Position numbers and translations under genes: made by a program
The notes under the pieces: model-generated
Database searches by the model: none
Told to the model about the DNA's origin: nothing
Seen by the model: only the letters and a program-made list of their open reading frames with translations
Shown: positions 1 through 9,770 of the stretch, piece by piece
How positions within the stretch are numbered: the first letter of the stretch is position 1
Layout of the letters: every line of letters starts with the position of its first letter
Assembly: GCA_050115495.1 (NCBI GenBank)
Contig: JASFQK010000008.1
Coordinates: forward strand, 32,001 to 96,000
Source: Phycisphaerae bacterium
GTDB lineage: Bacteria > Planctomycetota > Phycisphaerae > UBA1845 > Fen-1342
Direction: 5' to 3'
DNA: 64,000 nucleotides

Positions 1-24
1 GTACGTGCCCGCGCGAGAGCTACA

Positions 25-57
25 CATGCCGGCGCCTTCGGCTTCAGCATGCCACAC
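25..57. repeat. REP-like palindrome family A (GTGTGGCATGCTGAAGCCnnnGGCGCCGGCATG), reverse orientation
   Basis: Related copies at ~4969-5056 (inverted pair), ~15283-15370, ~16032-16058, ~18851-18883 and ~25970-26002. Confidence 0.75.
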
Positions 58-80
58 CTCTGCTTCGTACGCGAAGGCCG

Positions 81-1460
81 CTACGCCAGCGCCGTTAGAC
101 CGTGGTCCACGCAATCCGCGAGGAAATCCACGTCCGCCTTCGTCAGGCACATCGGCGGGGCGAAGCGTATCGTGTTCCAGTAGCTGCCCGACTTGCCCAC
201 CAGCAGGCCGAGGTTGCGCACGTGCTCGACGAGGCGCTTCGTCTCTTCCGTCGCGGGGGCTTTCGTCCGCCGATCTTTGACGAGCTCGATGGCCTGGAGC
301 AGCCCCATGCCGCGCACGTCGCCGATGAGGGCGTGCTTCTCCTGGAGTTCGAGCAGCCGCTGATGCAGATAGCCGCCGATCTCCTTCGCCCGCTGCTGGA
401 TGTTCTCCTGATCGATCACGTCCAGCGTGGCCAGGCCGGCGGTGACGGACACAGGGTTGCCGCCGAACGTATTGAAGTGCAGCTTCTTCGCCAGGTGGAC
501 GGCGATCTCCGGCCGCGTGGTGACGGCTGATAGCGGCGCTCCGTTGCCGATACCCTTGGCCATCGTTACCATGTCGGGCACGACGCCGAAGTTCTCGAAG
601 CCCCAGAAATGCTCGCCCGTCCGGCCCCAGCCGGTCTGCACCTCGTCCGCGATGAACAACCCGCCATGTCGGTGGACGATCTCGCTGGCGACCTGGAAAT
701 ACTCCGGCGGCGGCACAATCACGCCGCCGACGCCCTGGATCGGTTCGGCGATCAGGCAGGCGACGCGGCCGGCCGTCTCCGTCTGGATCAGCGATTCGAG
801 CCCGTGGGCGCATTGAAGATCGCAGTCGGGGTAATTCAGCCCGAGCGGGCAGCGGTAGCAGTAGCCGGGACAGGCGTACTTCACGTCGAGCCCGCCGTCG
901 GCGCTGAACTTCCAGTCGCCGATCGCGGTCAGGCGCATCGTGCAGCCGGTGCCGCCGTGGTAGCCGTTACGCAGGCCGAGCACGGTGTTGCTGCCGGTGT
1001 GCAGCCGGGCCAGCAGCACGGCGTATTCGTTCGCTTCGCTGCCCGAGTTGCCGAAATACGTCTGTTGCAGCGACGAGTTGGCGGGCATGTGCTCGGCGAT
1101 CCGCCGGCCGTACTGGGCGACCGTTGGGTGCAGGTACAGCGTCGTCGTGTGGACCAGCCGGCCAACCTGCTCCTGCACGCGCCCCGTCACTTCGGGGTGA
1201 CAGTGGCCGACGGAAACGGTCACGATGCCGCCGGCGGCGTCGAGGTATTGCCGACCCCGCTCGTCCCAAACGTACTGCATGTGCCCCTCGACGACGCACA
1301 ACGGCTCGTCGTAATAGGCCAGCATGCCCGGATTCAGATACTCCCGGCGGAGGGCCAGGATCTCCTCGCGTGACGGCCCATCGTACGCCCGGGGCTTGTG
1401 CGGACTCGGGGGGAGCGTGGGTGTGCTGCTCTGGCTGCTCTGGCGGCTATGGCTCGACAT
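81..1460 (-). CDS. Class III PLP-dependent aminotransferase (AGXT2 / beta-alanine-pyruvate aminotransferase-like)
   Basis: Motifs SGSEANE, EPIQGVGG, FIADEVQTGWGRTG, TMAKGIGNG (PLP lysine), NTFGGNP. Confidence 0.9.
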   Translation of the reverse strand: MSSHSRQSSQSSTPTLPPSPHKPRAYDGPSREEILALRREYLNPGMLAYYDEPLCVVEGHMQYVWDERGRQYLDAAGGIVTVSVGHCHPEVTGRVQEQVGRLVHTTTLYLHPTVAQYGRRIAEHMPANSSLQQTYFGNSGSEANEYAVLLARLHTGSNTVLGLRNGYHGGTGCTMRLTAIGDWKFSADGGLDVKYACPGYCYRCPLGLNYPDCDLQCAHGLESLIQTETAGRVACLIAEPIQGVGGVIVPPPEYFQVASEIVHRHGGLFIADEVQTGWGRTGEHFWGFENFGVVPDMVTMAKGIGNGAPLSAVTTRPEIAVHLAKKLHFNTFGGNPVSVTAGLATLDVIDQENIQQRAKEIGGYLHQRLLELQEKHALIGDVRGMGLLQAIELVKDRRTKAPATEETKRLVEHVRNLGLLVGKSGSYWNTIRFAPPMCLTKADVDFLADCVDHGLTALA

Positions 1461-1521
1461 TCGCGTCCTTTCGTGTTTCCTGCGCGACGGACAGCATCTT
1501 AACGCGCGCCGCGTGGTCTGT

Positions 1522-1657
1522 CCGAGCCGCGACCGGCAGGGAGCAGTCTGGTTTGCCGGTGGCCTCTCGCTTCCGCGCAGTGACCCGTCGCTACCGCTCA
1601 GGGCTCGGATTCACGTGATGGGGCGCGCAGGTGCCACTGGTGGCTTGCCCACTAGTG
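1522..1657. repeat. Intergenic REP-like palindromes
   Basis: CCGAGCC...GGCTCGG terminal inverted repeat (1522-1608) and CACTGGTGGCTTGCCCACTAGTG hairpin (~1635-1657). Confidence 0.5.
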
Positions 1658-1676
1658 TCTTCGCCGCCCGTACAAT

Positions 1677-2192
1677 ATGCCTGTGAACGACGACACATCC
1701 TCCCAGCCGATACGCGTGGCGTGCGACGCGATGTGCGGGGGACTGGCTCGCTGGCTGCGCGCGCTCGGCGTCGACGCCAGCTACACGCCCGGCATCGACG
1801 ACAGCGATCTCGTCGCCCACGCCCAGACCGAGGGGCGCCTCGTCGTCTCCTCCGATCACAAGCTCTTCGAGCGGCGGGTTTTCACGATGCACGAGCTGCC
1901 CGGCCTGCTGATGCCTGTCGGGCTGCGTCTGCGCGAACAGCTCCGCTTCACCGTCCGCGAACTCGCGCTCACCGTCGGCTTCCCGCGCTGCACACTTTGC
2001 AACGGTGAACTCGCCCCGGTCCGCCGGGCTGAGGTCGGCGACGTCGTCCCCGCCCGTAGCCTCGTCTGGGCCCGCACGTTCTACCAATGCCAGGGCTGCG
2101 GCCACGTCTTCTGGGAAGGTACGCACTGGCGGCGGATCGGCGCCGTCCGGTCGGCGATGCAGGCGATCGCCGACGACGATCCGCCGACCTAA
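1677..2192 (+). CDS. Mut7-C RNase domain protein (DUF82 / PIN-like with Zn ribbon)
   Basis: DAMCGGLARWLRALGVD N-terminus; RCxxCNGEL and CxxCGHVFWEGTHW C-terminal motifs. Confidence 0.88.
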   Translation: MPVNDDTSSQPIRVACDAMCGGLARWLRALGVDASYTPGIDDSDLVAHAQTEGRLVVSSDHKLFERRVFTMHELPGLLMPVGLRLREQLRFTVRELALTVGFPRCTLCNGELAPVRRAEVGDVVPARSLVWARTFYQCQGCGHVFWEGTHWRRIGAVRSAMQAIADDDPPT

Positions 2193-2248
2193 GTCGTGTA
2201 GCCGTACGCGTTTGCCGCAGCGGCCTCGCCGACCGGGCCACATTTCGA

Positions 2249-2278
2249 TTGACGCTCGGCCCGCCAACGTGACATAAT
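2249..2278 (+). promoter_or_regulatory. Putative sigma70 promoter of the methyltransferase gene
   Basis: TTGACG-N18-CATAAT with an extended -10 TG. Confidence 0.5.
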
Positions 2279-2307
2279 ACACGCTCTCTCGGCGAGTTTG
2301 ACCCCAT

Positions 2308-3420
2308 ATGGAGGGTGCCATGCCCGACGCGAACACAATATATTGTGGTGACGCCTGCAAGCTGCTCGAAAGCTGGCCCGAGGGCACGTTCAACCTCGTC
2401 TTCGCCGACCCGCCGTTCAATATTGGGTACGTCTACGACAAGTACAGCGACGACCTGCCCAACGAGAAGTACGTCGACTGGTCGACGCAGTGGATGTCCG
2501 CCTGCCAGCGCGTGCTGAAGCCGGACGGCTCGTTCTATATCGCGATCGGGGACGACTTCGCGGCGGACATCCGCATGATCGGCCGAGAGATCGGCCTGCA
2601 CCTGCGGAACTGGATCATCTGGCGGTACTCGTTCGGCCAGCATATGCGGGCCAAGTTCTGCCGGTCGCACACGCACATCTTCTATTTCACAAAGAGCCCC
2701 GACGACTTCACCTTCAACGATGACCTGCTCCGCTTCCCCAGCGCCCGGCACACCGAGTACCAGGACCTGCGGGCCAATCCGGCGGGGCGGCTGCCCGACG
2801 ATGTGTGGGACGAGTTCCCCCGCGTCTGTGGCACGTTCAAGGAGCGGGCCGGCTTCCACGGGTGCCAGATGCCCGAGGCCCTGCTCATGCGCATCGTCGC
2901 CGCCAGCAGCAATCCCGGCGACTGGGTCCTCGACCCGTTCGTCGGCAGCGGCACGACGGTCGTCGCCGCCCAGCGGCTCGGCCGCAAGTACGTCGGCGTC
3001 GACGTTTCGAAGCAGTACGTCAAGCGCACCGAGCAGCGCCTGGCGGACACGCAGGCCCGCGACGAGGCCGAGCCGGCGGACGGTGCCTGGCCGACGCTGC
3101 ACGTGGACATGCTGGCCCAGCTTTACCGTGAGACGCGCGTCTCCGCCGCCAACCTGATCAATAACGACGTGGCCATGCGCGTGGTCGCCGCCTCGCTGAG
3201 CACGCGCACAGGTTGCGCGTATGACGTCGAGGCCGTCCGTGGACAGTTGGAGCGGATGGCGTCGGCGGGTCAGCTTCCGAAGCTGCCCAATGACGTGCCG
3301 TTCACGCCGCGCAAACACGTAACCTCCGAGGGCAAGCGCTACGTGCGGAAGACGGTCCGCTGGAAAGGGCGCAAAGATGCCGCCGGCACGCCGCGAAAAC
3401 GAGCGCGGCGGGCCTCGTAG
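2308..3420 (+). CDS. Site-specific DNA methyltransferase (N6-adenine/N4-cytosine, beta class) with C-terminal extension
   Basis: Catalytic DPPF near the N-terminus precedes the SAM-binding DPFVGSGTT; no adjacent nuclease gene. Confidence 0.88.
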   Translation: MEGAMPDANTIYCGDACKLLESWPEGTFNLVFADPPFNIGYVYDKYSDDLPNEKYVDWSTQWMSACQRVLKPDGSFYIAIGDDFAADIRMIGREIGLHLRNWIIWRYSFGQHMRAKFCRSHTHIFYFTKSPDDFTFNDDLLRFPSARHTEYQDLRANPAGRLPDDVWDEFPRVCGTFKERAGFHGCQMPEALLMRIVAASSNPGDWVLDPFVGSGTTVVAAQRLGRKYVGVDVSKQYVKRTEQRLADTQARDEAEPADGAWPTLHVDMLAQLYRETRVSAANLINNDVAMRVVAASLSTRTGCAYDVEAVRGQLERMASAGQLPKLPNDVPFTPRKHVTSEGKRYVRKTVRWKGRKDAAGTPRKRARRAS

Positions 3421-3471
3421 CTTGCCAGTAGGGGGGTAGGGCGGGAATAATACCGCTGGCTCAGGCGGCCA

Positions 3472-4620
3472 GTGGAGATGCAATCTGTGATGGTAGAAAC
3501 AGAGACACGCGCCGGCGAGGCGACCGAACCGGTCGAACTGAACAAAGCCCACCTCCTGACGATCCTGCTGACGTTGGGCGGCATTCTCGTGGGGCTGGTC
3601 ACGGTGTGCTGGGCGCTGGCCCGCTATGGCGAACTGGCCAAGGCCAGCGACGCCACGGCGTCCGATTTCCTGCGCACGACCGCGCTGATGTTCATTGGTC
3701 TGGGGCTAGGCTGCGCGCTGGGCGTTGCCGGCGAAGTGCTCCGCCGGCTGGACGCCGTGCTCGAAGCGCTGCGGGCGTTGCCTGCTGCCGGGCCGGCGAC
3801 GCTGAGCCTGGCCGCGCGCCACGATCAGGCCGCGCCGACGACGGACAACTCCGGGGCCCTGTTGCGCGAGCTGGTCGTCCTGACCCGCGAGCTACGCGAT
3901 GTGTCCCTGCTCGACGATGAGGAGCGGCAGGCGCGCGTGCGGGCGCAGGGGCAGGCGCTGGCTCGCCAGCTTACCGAGGAAATCCCGGCCATGCTCCGCG
4001 AGCATGACTGGCTCGAAGCCCGGCAGCGCGTCCAGGCGGCCCGCGAGCGCTTCCCGACTTTCTCCGAGTGGGATCACCTCGAAGAGCAGATCGAGAAGAT
4101 GCGCAGCACGGTCGAGACGCGCGACATCGAAACGGCCACGCGGCAGGTGGACGACCTGGCCGCGCTCGGCGCATGGGAGCGGGCCGCGAGCGTGGTCAGC
4201 GAATTGCGCGAGCGGCATCCCGATTCGGCGCCGGCCCGCGAATTGGCCCGTCGCGTGCGGATCCAGCGGGACAAGGCCAGTGCCGAGCATCGGGCCCGCC
4301 TGATGGCCCAGGCGCAGGAGGCCGTCGGCCGCCGCGAGTGGAACCAGGCCCTCGCGTTGGCGAACGACGTGATTCGCCGCTTCCCGCGGTCACCGGAAGC
4401 GGAAGCGTTGCGGCAACAGCTTCCCACGCTGGCGGAGAACGCCGAGATCCAGACGCGTCAGCACATGGAGCAGGAATTCCGCGGTCTGATGCAGCGGCAC
4501 CGTTACCGGGACGCCCTGCGTCTGGCCCGCGACCTGATCGCCCGCTACCCCGCCTCGCCGCAGGCGGAGGTCCTCCGCGCCCAGCTAGCCCGTCTGGAAG
4601 CCAAAGCCGCCGGGCGGTAG
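3472..4620 (+). CDS. Membrane-anchored helical-repeat (TPR/BamD-like) hypothetical protein
   Basis: Two N-terminal hydrophobic helices; repeated motifs RHPDSAPA, RFPRSPEA, RYPASPQA. Confidence 0.65.
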   Translation: MEMQSVMVETETRAGEATEPVELNKAHLLTILLTLGGILVGLVTVCWALARYGELAKASDATASDFLRTTALMFIGLGLGCALGVAGEVLRRLDAVLEALRALPAAGPATLSLAARHDQAAPTTDNSGALLRELVVLTRELRDVSLLDDEERQARVRAQGQALARQLTEEIPAMLREHDWLEARQRVQAARERFPTFSEWDHLEEQIEKMRSTVETRDIETATRQVDDLAALGAWERAASVVSELRERHPDSAPARELARRVRIQRDKASAEHRARLMAQAQEAVGRREWNQALALANDVIRRFPRSPEAEALRQQLPTLAENAEIQTRQHMEQEFRGLMQRHRYRDALRLARDLIARYPASPQAEVLRAQLARLEAKAAGR

Positions 4621-4660
4621 CGTCCCGTAGCGGCCGGGCTCTGTGGCGGACGTCTTCGGA

Positions 4661-4720
4661 CAGTCATCAGCCGTCAGCTTCGGGCCACGAGCCTTGGGCC
4701 ACGAGCCGTGAGCCCTGAGC
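4661..4720. repeat. Degenerate 7-bp tandem repeat (GAGCCnT/GAGCCAC)
   Basis: gggccac gagcctt gggccac gagccgt gagccct gagcc; similar run at ~9716-9747. Confidence 0.55.
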
Positions 4721-4968
4721 CGGAGCAGCCGCACGACCTCGCAGCAACGCGACGGTGTGTCACTGCTCTTGAGCAGTGCTTTTCATCTTTCGCAACAAGG
4801 CACGTGCGTCGATAACCGATCGCCGGTGCGGGGGTCGAACGGTCCACGCGTGCTGATATGTCGATCGTTGGTTGTCGACACACCCGCGCTGTCACCGTGG
4901 ACCACCTGCACTGCTCAAGAGCAGCGGCACGCACGTGCGTTCATCACTGGGACCGACGTTCGATGCGG

Positions 4969-5227
4969 AGTGGGCATGCCGAAGCCTTTGGCGCCGGCAT
5001 GTAGAGCTTCTGCGCGGGTACGTTCATGCCGGCGCTGCGCTTCAGCATGCCACACCGCGCTGCGAAAGTCGTTTGGCGTTCGACGTCGGCCAGAGGTGGC
5101 CGACGCTGCGGGACGGCCGGCACGGAGACCGGCCGCTACGGGACGGTCGGTACGGAGCCCGGATGCTGCGCGACGTCCGGTACGGAGCCCGGCCGCTGCC
5201 GGACTCGACACGCGGCCAGGGTGCTAC
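4969..5227. repeat. REP cluster downstream of rny: family A inverted pair plus four ~29-30 bp degenerate tandem palindromes ending GCTAC/GCTGC
   Basis: Units GACGGCCGGCACGGAGACCGGCCGCTAC, GACGGTCGGTACGGAGCCCGGATGCTGC, GACGTCCGGTACGGAGCCCGGCCGCTGC; same unit at ~28396-28454. Confidence 0.7.
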
Positions 5228-6846
5228 GCTTCGGTGGCGCGGTGGCGGCCGCTGATGGCGTACTCGATCGAGCGCACCTCGCGCAGCACCGTCACCTTGA
5301 TCTCCCCGGGGAACGTCACCATGTCGCTCTCGATCTTCAGCGCCACGTCGCGGGCCAGCTTCAGCGACGACGGATCGTCGATCCGGCCGGCGTCCACGAT
5401 CACGCGCACCTCGCGACCGGCCTCGATCGCGTAGGCCTGCTCCACGCCGGAGAACGACGTGGCGATCTTCTCGAGGTCCTGCAATCGCTTGATGTAGCGT
5501 TCGAGCGACTCCCGCCGGCCGCCGGGACGGGCCGCACTGATGGCGTCCGCCGCCGTCACCAGCGGCGTGTACGGATGCGTCGCCGGCACGTCGCCGTGAT
5601 GCCCCAGAATCGCGTTGAGAACGGCGGGCGGCTCGTTGAACCGTCGGGCGAACTCGTGTCCGGTCTTCGTGTGCGCCCCTTCGTGCTCGTGGTCGAGGGC
5701 CTTGCCGATGTCGTGCAGCAGGGCACAACGCCGGGCCAACTCGCCGTCCAGCCCCAATTCGTCGGCCATCATCCCGCACAGGAACGACACCTCGACGCAG
5801 TGTCGGAGCACGTTCTGGCCATAGCTCGTCCGGAACTGCAGCCGGCCGAGCGTCTCCACCAGCTTCTTGTGCAGCCCGTTGACGTTCACTTCCGCCACGG
5901 CTGCCTTGCCGGCGGCGAGAACCTGCTGGTCAACTTCCTTCGTGACCTCGGCGACGATCTCCTCGATCCGCGTTGGGTGAATCCGGCCGTCCCGGATCAG
6001 CCGATCCAGCGATAGCCGGGCGACCTCCTTCCGCACCGGGTCGAAGCAGGAAACGCTCACGATGCCCGGCGTGTCGTCGACGATCACCGTCGCGCCGGTG
6101 GCCTTTTCGAACGCACGGATGTTCCGCCCCTCACGCCCGATAATCCGACCTTTCATATCGTCCGACGCAACGTCCACCGTTGCGACCGTCGTCTCGCACG
6201 TGTGCTCGGCGGCGTAGCGCTGGATGGCAGAGATGGTGATGTAGCGGGCCTTCTCACGGGCGTTCTCCTCGGCCCGCGAAATGATCTGGTCCACGAGCTC
6301 GCCGGCTTCACGCTCGACGTCCTGCTCGATGCGGTTGAGGCACATCGCCTTGGCCTGTTCGGGTGTCAGCCGGGCGATGCGCAGCAATTCCGCCCGCTGC
6401 TGTCCGATGAGCTCTTCGAGCTCCTGACCCTTGGCGGTGATTTCCTGGTCGCGCTGGCTGAGCTGCACCTCGAGCGTGTCGATCTTGCGCTCCTTGGTGG
6501 TCAGCACGTCCAGTTTCTTGTCGAGGGAGTCTTCGCGTTTGCTCAGGCGCCGCTCGATTCCCTTGAGCTCGGACCGCGTTTCGGCGGTTTCCCGCTCAAA
6601 ACGCTCCATGCTCTCGAGATACTTCTGTTTAGCCCCTACGTCGGCCTCGTCCAGGAGCTTGCTGGCCTGGTCGCGGGCCTCGGCGAGGTGCTGCTCGGCC
6701 TCTGCCCGGCGGGTAGCCTGTTCCCGGGTTGCCTGCCAGCGATTGAGGACCCAGACGACGCCTGCGCCGACGCACAACGCCACGACTGCAATGAGCGCAG
6801 CCGTACCGAAGTCGACTGCCGCGAGGGAGTATGCTTGAGGTGCCAT
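5224..6846 (-). CDS. rny: Ribonuclease Y
   Basis: N-terminal TM plus coiled coil, KH motif [25 protein letters not shown] motif [19 protein letters not shown]. Confidence 0.95.
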   Translation of the reverse strand: MAPQAYSLAAVDFGTAALIAVVALCVGAGVVWVLNRWQATREQATRRAEAEQHLAEARDQASKLLDEADVGAKQKYLESMERFERETAETRSELKGIERRLSKREDSLDKKLDVLTTKERKIDTLEVQLSQRDQEITAKGQELEELIGQQRAELLRIARLTPEQAKAMCLNRIEQDVEREAGELVDQIISRAEENAREKARYITISAIQRYAAEHTCETTVATVDVASDDMKGRIIGREGRNIRAFEKATGATVIVDDTPGIVSVSCFDPVRKEVARLSLDRLIRDGRIHPTRIEEIVAEVTKEVDQQVLAAGKAAVAEVNVNGLHKKLVETLGRLQFRTSYGQNVLRHCVEVSFLCGMMADELGLDGELARRCALLHDIGKALDHEHEGAHTKTGHEFARRFNEPPAVLNAILGHHGDVPATHPYTPLVTAADAISAARPGGRRESLERYIKRLQDLEKIATSFSGVEQAYAIEAGREVRVIVDAGRIDDPSSLKLARDVALKIESDMVTFPGEIKVTVLREVRSIEYAISGRHRATEA

Positions 6847-6859
6847 GGGCTCATCCGTC

Positions 6860-7190
6860 TGCCTTTTGTTACCAGGGGCTTTGCGCTAAGCCCCGAACGC
6901 GTGGGCGCGATGGCAGGCGTGAGCCGGGAAACCCGGCGGGAGTGGCTTTTCTTTCACGCAACCGGCCGGCAGCGGGACGGCACGACACTGGCGACGCGGA
7001 GGGAAGATCGGGCTTGAACGGGAATTATGATGCACATAGGCGAACGTATGATCTGCAAGCCTTATTCGGCCCGGCAATTGCCGGACCACTTTGAGCGGGC
7101 CCGAAGCGCGCTCGTATCGCTTCCCCGGACGTATCCAGGCACACACCGTTACCCCCGTGTCCAGCCGGCTCGAAGCGGCCGGTCTCGGCC
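6860..7190 (-). ncRNA. Candidate structured RNA in the rny upstream region (possibly 6S RNA or a leader)
   Basis: Non-coding gap with several hairpins, a possible GGGAAG/CTTCCC long-range stem and a GTTCAAG word; 6S genes often lie near rny; boundaries uncertain. Confidence 0.25.
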
Positions 7191-7408
7191 ACGGACGCAA
7201 CCATCGGCGCCGCAACATACTGCGCACGTTACCGGAGTATAAGCGCAGTGGTAGCGTTTGACCAGCCCCCGAAACGGGTGGGTATGTCGTTTGCTTGGGC
7301 GGGCCGTCGACCGCCGCTCCGCCGGTTGCGGGCCCCTTGACGGCCGGCTAACATAATTCTTTTGGCGAGTTGAACTTGCCGCTCCTGGCCCGCATCAGGA
7401 ACCACCGG

Positions 7409-7852
7409 ATGAACCCCGAGAGCCGCCCCCCGGCCGCTGCGAACCAGACGGTGTATTGGATCATCGCCATTCTCCTGGCGGTCATCGCCACGGCCCTGTG
7501 GATGCGGGGGCCCGATCGCCTGCTGCCGACGGCCCTGGCCCAGGGGCAGCCGCTGGCCGGTGCCCGCGGCGTGTTCGCTTTCACCGGGCAATTGGATCAC
7601 AACCGGTTCGGCCTCTTCATGCTCGACGTGGATTCGGGTACGATCTGGTGCTACGAGTTGGCCAGTGCCGACGGCATGCGCAAGCTCCGTCTGGTGGCCG
7701 CCCGTACGTGGATTTACGACCGCTACTTGCAGGATTTCAACTGCGCCCCGCCTGACTTCCGGATGGTGCAGCAACTGGTCGCCGAGCAACGAGCGCGAAG
7801 CGAGGAAGCCGATGAATCCCCGCCGGAAAGCATCGGCGAGCCCGCCCCGTAG
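7409..7852 (+). CDS. Hypothetical exported/membrane protein
   Basis: N-terminal hydrophobic helix; GC-biased codon usage; operon-like with the next two genes. Confidence 0.65.
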   Translation: MNPESRPPAAANQTVYWIIAILLAVIATALWMRGPDRLLPTALAQGQPLAGARGVFAFTGQLDHNRFGLFMLDVDSGTIWCYELASADGMRKLRLVAARTWIYDRYLQDFNCAPPDFRMVQQLVAEQRARSEEADESPPESIGEPAP

Positions 7853-7908
7853 CCCGGTGGAAAGCCCGCAGGGGATTGAGTGAGGATTGCCGCTAGCAGG
7901 AGCGTTTC

Positions 7909-8805
7909 ATGGCCAAGCCGTTCTACTCGATGGACGAAGTATGCAAGACCCTCGGCAAGTCGCCCGACGAGATCCGTGAACTCGTGCGCGCCGGCACGCT
8001 CCGCGAGTTCCGCGACGCCGGCAAGATCTTCTTCAAGGCCGAGGACGTCAATCAGCTCGCTGGCGGCGCCAAGGGTGACACGTCCGAAATCGAGCTCGAA
8101 CCCGCCGAAGAGACGGTGGGCGAGTTGATGGACGAGCTGCCCCCGCTCACCTCCGGTTCCGGCGGCACCAGCGTCATCGGCCTCGAACCCGTCGAGGAAG
8201 AGCCCGAGGAAGAGAAAGAGGACACGGTCATCAGCGCCAGCGGCATCGGCGTCTTTGACGACGACGAGCTCGAGATCGACGCTGACCCGATGGCCAAGAC
8301 GCAGATTACGACCGGCCCGGTCGACGATCAGGTCTCGCTCGAAAGCTCCGGCAGCGGCTCCGGCCTGCTCGACCTGACCCGCGAGTCCGACGATACGTCG
8401 CTCGGCGCCGAGCTGCTCGACGAGATTTATCCCGGCGAAGACGAAGCCGCCACCGCCGAAGCCGAGCCTCAGGCCGCCGCCGAAGAGGAAGAGGAGGAGG
8501 CTGAGGAAGAAGCGGAGATCGCCCAGGTCGATGCGGGCGAAGTGCTCGCGCCCGTCATCGTCGCCACGGGCGATCCGGCGGAGGGCATCTTCTCCGGTTT
8601 CCTGGTGGGCGCTTTGATTCTGCTGGGTGTGTCCGGGGCCGTCGTTGGCGGCGTGCTGCAAGGCTACCTGCCGGACTACGCCCTGCTGCTGACCAATAGC
8701 ATCGGTGGTTTCTGGGGCTTCCTCGGCGCGTCCGTGGGCGTGGTGGCCGCGGCCGTCGTCGCCGGCTGGTTCATCGGGCGGGCCATGGCGCCTCGCCGGG
8801 CGTAA
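7909..8805 (+). CDS. MerR/excisionase-like HTH protein with acidic linker and two C-terminal TM helices
   Basis: MAKPFYSMDEVCKTLGKS...LREFRDAGK HTH; long D/E-rich region; hydrophobic C-terminus; AGGAG RBS. Confidence 0.75.
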   Translation: MAKPFYSMDEVCKTLGKSPDEIRELVRAGTLREFRDAGKIFFKAEDVNQLAGGAKGDTSEIELEPAEETVGELMDELPPLTSGSGGTSVIGLEPVEEEPEEEKEDTVISASGIGVFDDDELEIDADPMAKTQITTGPVDDQVSLESSGSGSGLLDLTRESDDTSLGAELLDEIYPGEDEAATAEAEPQAAAEEEEEEAEEEAEIAQVDAGEVLAPVIVATGDPAEGIFSGFLVGALILLGVSGAVVGGVLQGYLPDYALLLTNSIGGFWGFLGASVGVVAAAVVAGWFIGRAMAPRRA

Positions 8806-8858
8806 CGCCGGCGCCAGGGCAAGCCGGGCGCGCCGCGAGCGCGCTCGGGAGGGTGGAC

Positions 8859-9677
8859 ATGCAACGCTGCGCTTCGTTTCTTGCGGGGCTGCTGCTGGTC
8901 GCGCTCGCCGGGTGCGTGCCCGCCCAGCAGCACCAGGATACCGAGTTCCAACTGCACCGGGTCGAGGCCGAGCGCGACAGCTATCGCCGCGCCGGCGACG
9001 ATGAACGGGCCCGCAGCGCCGCCCTGGCCGCGCAGCTCAAGACTGAGCAGCGCAAGGCGGCTTCCGCGGAGGCGGAGATCAACGCGCTGCGCTCGCGGCT
9101 CGAAACGTTGCAGACCGAGCGCGACGAGTACGCTGCCCTCATCGAGCAGCGGGCCGCGGCGCCGCTATCCCGGCCGGAGGTGCCCGCTTCGCCGTTGCCG
9201 CCCGAGGTGGACGAGGCGCTGACCTCCTTCGCGGCGAAGTACCAGCAGCGCGTCTGGTACGATCGCAGCCGTGGGGCGATGAGCTTCGCCAACGACCGCC
9301 TGTTCGATTCCGGCAGCGACGTGGTGCGATCCGATGCGCACGCGGCGTTGCACGAATTGGCCGAGCTCGCCATTCGCCTGTTGCCCCAGCGATTCGAGAT
9401 CGTTGTGGTCGGGCACACCGACGACACGCCGATCCGCCAGGAACAGACCAAGGCGCAGCATCCGACGAACTGGCATCTGTCGGTGCACCGAGCCGTCGCT
9501 GTCCGTGCTGTGCTGGAGCAGGCCGGTGTGCCGGCGGCCCGCCTCGGTGTGATGGGCTACGGCGCCGAGCGGCCCATCAGCGGCGACCGCGCCCGCAACC
9601 GCCGGGTCGAGGTCTTCTTCGTTCCCCGCGGCGACATTCGCAACTTCGACCCCGTCCGCCCCCCGGGCAATCAGTAG
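8859..9677 (+). CDS. OmpA/MotB-family lipoprotein
   Basis: Lipobox LAGC, coiled coil, LFDSGS, VVGHTDDTPI, NWHLSVHRA, RNRRVEV. Confidence 0.88.
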   Translation: MQRCASFLAGLLLVALAGCVPAQQHQDTEFQLHRVEAERDSYRRAGDDERARSAALAAQLKTEQRKAASAEAEINALRSRLETLQTERDEYAALIEQRAAAPLSRPEVPASPLPPEVDEALTSFAAKYQQRVWYDRSRGAMSFANDRLFDSGSDVVRSDAHAALHELAELAIRLLPQRFEIVVVGHTDDTPIRQEQTKAQHPTNWHLSVHRAVAVRAVLEQAGVPAARLGVMGYGAERPISGDRARNRRVEVFFVPRGDIRNFDPVRPPGNQ

Positions 9678-9770
9678 CGTCTCCCGGCGTGGCGGGATAC
9701 CGGACGTTTTCAGGAAGCCATGAGCCGTGAGCCTTGGGCCTTGAGCCGGAACGGCCGCCCGGCCTGGCGT

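Noticed and set aside
5080..5227. Tandem ~29-30 bp repeats as a CRISPR array
   Set aside because: The units are adjacent and degenerate with no unique spacers, there are no cas genes, and they match dispersed REP-like palindromes.
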